This document shows positions 28,238 to 35,133 of a stretch of 63,083 bases of DNA, piece by piece. The DNA is taken from contig CAZRIX010000006.1 of NCBI GenBank assembly GCA_964600255.1, positions 1 to 63,083 on the forward strand, given 5' to 3'. Under the pieces are notes generated by a model. That model worked only from the letters and a program-made list of their open reading frames with translations, did no database searches and had not been told where the DNA came from. How positions within the stretch are numbered: position 1 is the stretch's first letter; every line of letters begins with the position of its first letter. Source of the DNA: an uncultured Candidatus Saccharibacteria bacterium. Lineage in GTDB: Bacteria; Patescibacteriota; Minisyncoccia; Phycocordibacterales; PALSA-1337. The position numbers were made by a program, and so were the translations under genes.

Positions 28238-28310
28238 GCGACCCTTTGGTTAAGGTTCATATTTACTGCATCTCTAACCATCCTAGCGAGTTATTAATAT
28301 ATGTCAATTA

Positions 28311-28835
28311 TCAATCCTTCATCTTCGGTGTCCCGCTATAGTCCACCTTGTATTCAGTCAGCAATGTTCCAGTAGAATCTGAGATCTGAGAATTTTGTAA
28401 AACTAACTTGTAATGTAAGTCATCATTGAAAATAGAAATACCTTTTCCGAAAAGAATTGGTTCAACTGTAATATATAGAGTATCCACAACACCAGCTTTC
28501 ATAAACATAGTATAGATCTGAGAGCCACCGCAGATTGCAACCTCTTTGAAACCACGAGCTTCAAGGTCGCTGATGAGTTCGATAGGGGGCTTTTGAGTAA
28601 CCTCAATACCTTCAAAACTGTGATTTTTTGAGTACACTATATTAACACGCTCTTTGAGAGGTTGGCCTATTGTCTTGTAAGTAGAAGAACCCATGACCAC
28701 TACACCAGCTCTTTTCGTAAGCTCTACGAATCTTTTCTTGTCGGCCTTGCTACTCCAATACATAGGACTATGTTGAGTATCCTTTGCTATGAAACCATCA
28801 GCAGAAACAGCGGCGATTATGAAGACTTTGATCAT
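28311..28835 (-). CDS. dihydrofolate reductase family protein
   Basis: IIAAVSADGFIAKD...W.SKADKKRFVELTKRAGVVVMGSSTYKTIG.PL..R.NIVYS follows the DHFR/RibD_C pattern. Confidence 0.7.
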   Translation of the reverse strand: MIKVFIIAAVSADGFIAKDTQHSPMYWSSKADKKRFVELTKRAGVVVMGSSTYKTIGQPLKERVNIVYSKNHSFEGIEVTQKPPIELISDLEARGFKEVAICGGSQIYTMFMKAGVVDTLYITVEPILFGKGISIFNDDLHYKLVLQNSQISDSTGTLLTEYKVDYSGTPKMKD

Positions 28836-28926
28836 TTTTATAATAACGAATTAGTTTTAATGTTTTGTCATCTTACATTTTAACAAGTATGCGATATACT
28901 ACAAGTATTAATTTAACTTTAATTCT

Positions 28927-29616
28927 ATGTCACATATTTATGAAGTAGAAATAAAAAGTTTACTAGGATCAAAAGAAAATGCTGATCTATTGATTTCTAA
29001 GTTAGTAAAACACGACAAACACTTTAAACTATCAACAGAAGGGAAGCAACTCAACCACTATTTTAATGTCCCAGCCGGTGTAGATCTCAAGACAGCTTTG
29101 TCTGACCTCATCCCAACAGACAAGAAAGATGCGTTTGAACAAGTAGTCACTTTGGGTAGAAAACTCTCAGTACGCACACGTCAGTCGATAGATCAAAAAG
29201 GGCAGAAAGTGATATTTGTTATCAAAGCTTCGGTGGGAGATGATTCAAGTTCAAACGGTGTAAAGAGAATAGAGTTTGAATCTCAAGTAAGTATCACGCT
29301 CGATGAATTGGACCAGATTCTTCTCAAGGCAGGACTTACATATCAAGCAAAATGGTCCAGAGAAAGAAAGGAGTATGTGAGCGGTGATCTACATGTGTGT
29401 TTGGACAAGAATGCGGGGTACGGTTATCTAGCTGAATTTGAAAAGGTAACATCAAACGAAGGAGATTTGGAGAGAGTAAAGTCAGAGTTATTAGAATTGA
29501 TGAATAAGGTTGGAGTGAGTGAACTCCCTCAGGATCGACTTGAGAGAATGTTTGCCCACTACAATGCAAATTGGGAGAAATATTATGGGACAGAGAATAC
29601 TTTTAATATAGAATAA
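28927..29616 (+). CDS. CYTH-domain protein (triphosphate tunnel metalloenzyme / class IV adenylate cyclase-like)
   Basis: N-terminal YEVEIK (ExExK) signature; about 230 aa. Confidence 0.6.
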   Translation: MSHIYEVEIKSLLGSKENADLLISKLVKHDKHFKLSTEGKQLNHYFNVPAGVDLKTALSDLIPTDKKDAFEQVVTLGRKLSVRTRQSIDQKGQKVIFVIKASVGDDSSSNGVKRIEFESQVSITLDELDQILLKAGLTYQAKWSRERKEYVSGDLHVCLDKNAGYGYLAEFEKVTSNEGDLERVKSELLELMNKVGVSELPQDRLERMFAHYNANWEKYYGTENTFNIE

Positions 29617-29628
29617 CAATATAAATAT

Positions 29629-30210
29629 ATGTATCTTTCAGATGTGGATATAAAGAAGGCAATAAAGGATGGAAAAATTATCATAAAAGATTTTGAAGAA
29701 TCTCGTCTTCAACCTGCTAGTTACGATATCTTGCTAGGTAATAAATTTATTGTTCACAATACTGAGGCGACAATGGCTATTGATCCAGTCAAGAAAATTT
29801 TTCCAGTAACAAAAGAGATCACAATCGCAGATGACGGCATCTTTGTACTTCATCCTGGTGTTAGTGTTCTAGGTACTTCGGTAGACTATTTTGGATCAGA
29901 TGAATTCCTAGTACACCTTTCTGGCAAGAGTAGCCTGGCTCGACTCGGTCTCATTATTCACAACACAGCGGGGATTATTAATCCAGGACATTTTCTAAAT
30001 ATTACTTTTGAGCTTTGTAACCTCAACCACATGCCTATCATTCTGAGACCAAATATGCGAATAGGGCAGATACTATTCTCTCAGTTGACTAGTCCTCCAA
30101 AGAAGGATTACAAGTCTACTGGTAGATACCATGGTCGCGATTGGCAACACTTTGTTGATCCAAAGGAGGAGCAAAAAGTAAAGTCAAAAATTACTAAAAA
30201 AAATAAATAA
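29629..30210 (+). CDS. dcd: dCTP deaminase
   Basis: SGKSSLARLGLIIHNTAGIINPGH.LNITFEL and QPASYDILLG. Has a K-rich tail. Confidence 0.8.
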   Translation: MYLSDVDIKKAIKDGKIIIKDFEESRLQPASYDILLGNKFIVHNTEATMAIDPVKKIFPVTKEITIADDGIFVLHPGVSVLGTSVDYFGSDEFLVHLSGKSSLARLGLIIHNTAGIINPGHFLNITFELCNLNHMPIILRPNMRIGQILFSQLTSPPKKDYKSTGRYHGRDWQHFVDPKEEQKVKSKITKKNK

Positions 30211-30215
30211 AAAAC

Positions 30216-31295
30216 ATGCCATCAATCAAAAGAAAAAATGTTAAAAAAGGTCTTCATCCGGAGTATCAATATTTGAATCTTTTGAAAGATATCATGAAGA
30301 ATGGCTTTGAGAAGAAGGAGTTTAATTCTGGTATAGCTGTACGTAGTGTTTTTGGTAGACAGATGCGTTTTGATTTGTCACAAGGTTTTCCTCTACTTAC
30401 AACAAAGAAAGTTTTTATGAGGGGAATAATCCACGAACTTATCTGGTTCTTGAAAGGGGATACAAATGTAAAATATTTGGTTGATAATGATGTACATATC
30501 TGGGATGAATGGCCATACAAGGAATACAAGAAAAAAATGGAAGCAGGTGAGGTCCCAGTTATGACTCAGGATGAATTCATTGCTCGTATCAAATCAGAAA
30601 AAGCTGACAGTGAGTTTGTTAAGAAGTGGGGTGGTCTCGGTCCGGTATATGGTAGACAATGGAGGCGTTGGCCAGCTGCTGACGGAAGAGAGATAGACCA
30701 GTTGGCTTGGGCTATTGAGAAAAGTAAAAAATATCCAGATCGTAAGCATGTGATAATCTCCGCATGGAATCCAGAATATGTATATGAGATGGCAAAGCCA
30801 GGTACATCAATGGCTATTCCACCTTGTCATACAATGTTTAATATCAATGTAACCAACGGTAAACTATCTCTAGCACTGTATCAAAGAAGTGCTGATACTT
30901 TCCTTGGCGTTCCATTTAACATTGCTTCATATTCACTACTTACAATGATTCTCGCACAGGTTTGTGGATATGAGGTCGGAGAATTTGTTCATTTCCTTGG
31001 AGATACACATATATACGGAAATCACTACGAACAGGTAAAAGAACAAATGAAAAGGAAGCCTCGTTCATTCCCAACAGTTAAAATAAATCCTAACATCAAA
31101 AATATTGATGACTTCAAGTTCGAAGATTTTACTTTAGAAGATTATGATCCACACCCACCTATCAAGGGTGAAATAACGGTTGTCGGTGGTTTTAATGAGA
31201 AAGATAGAAAAGACTTTAGTTTTATAAAAGAAAAAAAGACAGTAAAGACTACAAAAGCAAAGTCAAAAGTTAAGAAAGGTAAAAATAAAAAATAA
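30216..31295 (+). CDS. thyA: thymidylate synthase (ThyA type) with internal insertion and about 35-aa K-rich C-terminal tail
   Basis: GPVYGRQWR, PPCHTMFNINV (catalytic Cys), YQRSADTFLGVPFNIASY. Confidence 0.85.
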   Translation: MPSIKRKNVKKGLHPEYQYLNLLKDIMKNGFEKKEFNSGIAVRSVFGRQMRFDLSQGFPLLTTKKVFMRGIIHELIWFLKGDTNVKYLVDNDVHIWDEWPYKEYKKKMEAGEVPVMTQDEFIARIKSEKADSEFVKKWGGLGPVYGRQWRRWPAADGREIDQLAWAIEKSKKYPDRKHVIISAWNPEYVYEMAKPGTSMAIPPCHTMFNINVTNGKLSLALYQRSADTFLGVPFNIASYSLLTMILAQVCGYEVGEFVHFLGDTHIYGNHYEQVKEQMKRKPRSFPTVKINPNIKNIDDFKFEDFTLEDYDPHPPIKGEITVVGGFNEKDRKDFSFIKEKKTVKTTKAKSKVKKGKNKK

Positions 31296-31296
31296 T

Positions 31297-32508
31297 ATGA
31301 AAGACACACAAATCAAAAAACTAATCGATGCAGAGAAGAAGCGTCAGAAAAAGGTTGTGAATCTTATTGCTTCTGAGAACTACGTTTCAAAAGATGTTCT
31401 GACTGCACTTGGTTCAGAGTTTGTTAACAAGTATTCTGAAGGATATCCCGGCAAACGTTACTATGGAGGTAATGAGATAGTGGATGTTGTTGAGAATCTT
31501 TGTAAGGAGCGCGCTCTGAAGCTTTTTGATTTGAAGGAAAAAGATTGGGCGGTGAATGTACAAGCTCTTTCTGGCTCTCCTGCGAACTTGGCAGTGTACG
31601 TTGCTCTGGTACCTCAAGGTGGGAAAATAATGGGCATGTCTTTGGATCAGGGAGGTCACCTAACTCACGGTCACAAAGTTTCTGCTACTGGTAAGTTTTG
31701 GCAACAGATACCTTATGGTGTAGACAAAGCTACTGAGCTTCTGGACTACGCTAGTCTAAAGGAAATCGCCATGAGAGAAAAGCCAGCTGTCATTGTTGGT
31801 GGATATACTGCATACCCTAGAACTGTAGACTTCAAGAAGCTTCGCGAAATAGCTGATGCTTGCGGAGCAATATTTATGGTAGATATGTCACACATTGCAG
31901 GACTCGTTGCTGGCAAGGCGTATCCATCTCCATTCCTTTACGCTGATGTTGTAACAACAACAGTTCACAAGACTCTGAGGGGTCCAAGAAGCGCTCTAAT
32001 CTTTTCTAGAACAGACAGAAAGATTTCAAAGACAAATGCTGAAGGTAAAGTTACCGAGCAAAGTTTTGGTGATTTGATAGACAAGGCAGTTTTCCCAGGA
32101 CTGCAGGGTGGACCACATGACAACCAAATAGCGGCGGTTGCTGTAGCACTAAAAGAAGCTTCAACACCTGCGTTTAGAAAATATGCAGAGCAGATCAAGA
32201 AGAATGCGAAAGTTCTATCAGAAGAGTTGAACAAAAAAGGTTGGAGAATAATATCTGGCGGAACAGATAGTCATCTGATCTTGGTAGATACTTGGATGGA
32301 TGGAAAAGGAATTTCAGGAAAAAGTGCGAGCGACAGGTTGGAGAAGGAGGGGATAATTGTAAACAAGAATGCCATCCCATTTGATACTAGACCACCAGCA
32401 GATCCATCTGGTATCCGACTTGGAACAGCTGCAGAGACAACTCGTGGCAAGAAAGAAAAGGATATGAAAAAGATTGCTGAGAGAATCGACAAGATTTTGA
32501 GAAAATAG
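31297..32508 (+). CDS. glyA: serine hydroxymethyltransferase
   Basis: NLIASENY, VVTTTVHKTLRGPR (PLP Lys), GGPHDNQIAA. Confidence 0.9.
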   Translation: MKDTQIKKLIDAEKKRQKKVVNLIASENYVSKDVLTALGSEFVNKYSEGYPGKRYYGGNEIVDVVENLCKERALKLFDLKEKDWAVNVQALSGSPANLAVYVALVPQGGKIMGMSLDQGGHLTHGHKVSATGKFWQQIPYGVDKATELLDYASLKEIAMREKPAVIVGGYTAYPRTVDFKKLREIADACGAIFMVDMSHIAGLVAGKAYPSPFLYADVVTTTVHKTLRGPRSALIFSRTDRKISKTNAEGKVTEQSFGDLIDKAVFPGLQGGPHDNQIAAVAVALKEASTPAFRKYAEQIKKNAKVLSEELNKKGWRIISGGTDSHLILVDTWMDGKGISGKSASDRLEKEGIIVNKNAIPFDTRPPADPSGIRLGTAAETTRGKKEKDMKKIAERIDKILRK

Positions 32509-32509
32509 A

Positions 32510-32623
32510 TACAAAGAAGTCGCGCCCACTCAGGCGCGACCGAGAATTGCTTCTCTGGGCTGTACCAACCCCAATGTCCGTCCACCGTGCGTTCAATACG
32601 CCAATGGAGTTGATCCATTCCTA
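32510..32623 (-). ncRNA. candidate small transcription unit B (about 115 nt, no convincing ORF)
   Basis: Minus-strand extended -10 TATGTATAATAC (comp. 32628-32639). Internal hairpins AATGGA/TCCATT, GCGT/ACGC and GAGAA/TTCTC. Ends with GTCGCGCC-TGAGTG-GGCGCGAC (32519-32540) followed by TTCTTTGT. Confidence 0.4.
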
Positions 32624-32651
32624 TTTCGTATTATACATATAAAATTTTTAA

Positions 32652-32764
32652 GGTAAAGAGAAACGCCGCCTACATTCGCAGGCGGCGCGCCAAGGATAAC
32701 CCATTCATCCTTGTGAGATATTCCAGGTGCCATGTGACTGTAGCAGAGTACTTTCCTGGGTCTC
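32652..32764 (-). ncRNA. candidate small transcription unit A (about 113 nt, no convincing ORF)
   Basis: The same 12-mer TATGTATAATAC (comp. 32771-32782). Hairpins CCAGG...CCTGG and AAGGAT-GAATGGGTT-ATCCTT. Terminator CGCCGCCT-GCGAATGT-AGGCGGCG (32664-32687) followed by TTTCTCTTT. Confidence 0.4.
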
Positions 32765-32870
32765 TGGTCAGTATTATACATAACGCGCCTTCTAAGTAAA
32801 GAAATGAGGCGCAAATTATTATTCTCAGCACTCTTTTTACAAACCTCCAACTTTAATATAGAATTGACCC

Positions 32871-34550
32871 ATGAACGAAGTCATTATAAAAGCCCTAGAG
32901 AAAGCCTCAATAAAGGCCGGAATTGCCGAGCCAAAAGTCAAAATAGAACACCCTGAGGATGTTAGTCATGGGGATTTTTCTAGTAATGTGGCCATGGTTT
33001 ATGCTAGGGAGTTGAAGATCTCTCCGAAGGTTTTAGCTGAGAAGATAGTTACAGAATTAAACGCCGATTTACCAGATATCGTTGATTCCGTTTCAATTGC
33101 AGGTTCAGGCTTTATAAATTTTAAAATAAAGGATAAGTTTTTTGTAAAAGAGATTCTGGAGATTTCAAAGGACTTGGAGAATTTTGGAAAAATAAAACGA
33201 GATGCAGGCAAGCAAGTGATGGTGGAATACACAGACCCGAACCCATTTAAAGTTTTCCATATTGGACACTTGATGGCCAATACAATAGGGGAGTCTATCT
33301 CAAGGATTGTTGAATTTTCTGGTGCACAGGTGGTGCGTGCTTGCTATCAGGGTGATGTAGGACTTCATGTTGCAAAGACAATTTGGGCTATCCAAAAAGA
33401 CGGTAACTACAAGAATGATATAGGATATCTCGGTGCTATGTATGTCGTCGGTTCAAATGAATATGATACAAACGAAGTATCAAAGAAAGAAATAGTCGAC
33501 ATAAACAAAAAGATTTTTGAAAAGTCAGATCCAGAATTAAATAAAATCTACGATGCTGGACGCAAATTGAGTCTAGAATATTTTGATACTATTTATGCAA
33601 AACTTGGAACAAAGTTTAATAATTTCTTTTTTGAAAGTGAAGTGGCGAATGATGGAGTGAGAATTGTAAATGAATTTCTAAAGCTAGGTATTTTTGAAAA
33701 AAGTGAAGGTGCTATTGTTTTCCCTGGAGAGAAGTATGGGGAACATACTCGTGTATTCATCAACTCTCAAGGACTTCCAACTTATGAAGCTAAAGAGTTA
33801 GGACTTACAAAGAAAAAGTTTGAGCTATATCCAAATCAGTCTGAATCAATAGTTGTAACAGCCAATGAACAGAGTGCATATTTTAAAGTTTTGTTAGCAA
33901 GTATAAGAGCTATCTATCCTGAAATTGGATCAAAGATGAAGCATCTAAGTCACGGCCTGCTTCGCCCAAGTTCAGGTAAAATGTCATCTCGAAAGGGTAA
34001 TGTAGTTTCTGCTGATGATTTGATTGTTGAATTTGAATCTTTAGTTATTGAAAAAACAAAGGATCGAGATTTTGACGATAGTAAGAAAAATGAAATCAAT
34101 AACCAAGTAGCCATCGCAGGTTTGAAATATACAATACTACGCCAAGCTATAGGTGGTGACATAATCTACGATCCAAACAAAGCGATATCTTTTGAAGGAG
34201 ATTCTGGACCGTATTTGCAGTATGCGACTGTGCGCGCACAAGCTATCCTTACAAAAGCGGGGGAGGTTAGAGAGCCAAAGACTCTACCAGAGAAAGTAGA
34301 TATGCTAGAAAAAATGCTAGTACGTTTCCCAGAGACTATCGAGCGTGCTCGCAATGAGTACGCTCCACACCACATAATCACATATTTAACGGAGCTTTCA
34401 TCTGCATTCAATTCATACTATGCACACAATCAAATAATTGATGATAAGGATCCAATCTCTGACTATAGAGTAAAACTAACACAGGTTTTCGTTCAGACTA
34501 TGAAGAATGGTTTGTGGGTGTTGGGCATAAAGGTTCCAAAGAGAATGTAG
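32871..34550 (+). CDS. argS: arginine--tRNA ligase
   Basis: FKVFHIGHLMANTIGESI (HIGH) and GKMSSRKG (KMSK). TAGAAT lies 6 nt upstream of the ATG and there is no SD. Confidence 0.9.
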   Translation: MNEVIIKALEKASIKAGIAEPKVKIEHPEDVSHGDFSSNVAMVYARELKISPKVLAEKIVTELNADLPDIVDSVSIAGSGFINFKIKDKFFVKEILEISKDLENFGKIKRDAGKQVMVEYTDPNPFKVFHIGHLMANTIGESISRIVEFSGAQVVRACYQGDVGLHVAKTIWAIQKDGNYKNDIGYLGAMYVVGSNEYDTNEVSKKEIVDINKKIFEKSDPELNKIYDAGRKLSLEYFDTIYAKLGTKFNNFFFESEVANDGVRIVNEFLKLGIFEKSEGAIVFPGEKYGEHTRVFINSQGLPTYEAKELGLTKKKFELYPNQSESIVVTANEQSAYFKVLLASIRAIYPEIGSKMKHLSHGLLRPSSGKMSSRKGNVVSADDLIVEFESLVIEKTKDRDFDDSKKNEINNQVAIAGLKYTILRQAIGGDIIYDPNKAISFEGDSGPYLQYATVRAQAILTKAGEVREPKTLPEKVDMLEKMLVRFPETIERARNEYAPHHIITYLTELSSAFNSYYAHNQIIDDKDPISDYRVKLTQVFVQTMKNGLWVLGIKVPKRM

Positions 34551-34554
34551 GTAT

Positions 34555-34583
34555 TTGACAAATCACTCTCAATAAAGTACTAT
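34555..34583 (+). promoter_or_regulatory. near-consensus sigma70-type promoter of the P4 cassette
   Basis: TTGACA (34555-34560), a 17-nt spacer, then TACTAT (34578-34583). Confidence 0.55.
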
Positions 34584-34619
34584 TTTTCCATAAAGTTCTT
34601 CTAATCTTGAGGAAAGGTT

Positions 34620-35048
34620 GTGGCCAATAGAAACTATATTCTGGTTTTTGTCGGCCGCAACCTTTACCGGTTGTTGCTGTGTATGACCAATTCACAATTG
34701 ACTATCACTACCCCCATTCCCTGGAGTGATGGTTATGACGAAGGGGAATTCACAATCACACCAAGGACCTCCTCAGGCTTCAGTGGTGATGATTTGTTGG
34801 CGACTCTTCAGTCGCCAGGAACCCTGCAGAGCGAGGACACACACGGGGACCTTGAGGTCACGATGAGTGTCTACAGCGTCCGCGCTGCACATCAACCCGC
34901 AGACCAGGCGGTCCGGGTCCTGCAAGTGCCGAAACCGGAAATCAGCAACTTGGTGTATCATGCTGTCCCCGAGGCCAACGCCACACACATTGCCCTGATT
35001 GGAGCGGTGTTCCTATCCCTTGCTTGGCGTCGCTTTCGACGCCGGTAA
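34620..35048 (+). CDS. orphan protein with PEP-CTERM-like C-terminal sorting signal (P4, G+C-rich cassette)
   Basis: C-terminus is VPEANATHIALIGAVFLSLAWRRFRRR: a PE(P)-like motif, a 17-residue hydrophobic helix and an Arg cluster. GTG 34620 has GAGG 7 nt upstream but lies inside a 13-bp leader hairpin; the alternative start is ATG 34683. Confidence 0.5.
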   Translation: MANRNYILVFVGRNLYRLLLCMTNSQLTITTPIPWSDGYDEGEFTITPRTSSGFSGDDLLATLQSPGTLQSEDTHGDLEVTMSVYSVRAAHQPADQAVRVLQVPKPEISNLVYHAVPEANATHIALIGAVFLSLAWRRFRRR

Positions 35049-35058
35049 CCCCCCCCAG

Positions 35059-35096
35059 GACCCTGGTGCGCTTGCGCATCAGGGTCTCTTCTTTTG
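35059..35096 (+). terminator. intrinsic terminator of P4
   Basis: GACCCTGGTGCG-CTTG-CGCATCAGGGTC followed by TCTTCTTTTG. Confidence 0.75.
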
Positions 35097-35133
35097 AAAT
35101 AGTTTTTTTTCTTAAAAATGTTAGAATGGTTCC

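Noticed and set aside
32593-32850. 85-aa minus-strand ORF in the glyA-argS spacer.
   Set aside because: It has a TTG start without an SD and would read through a strong hairpin-plus-T-run terminator and the second TATGTATAATAC box. I treated the region as small transcription units instead. A micro-ORF cannot be excluded.
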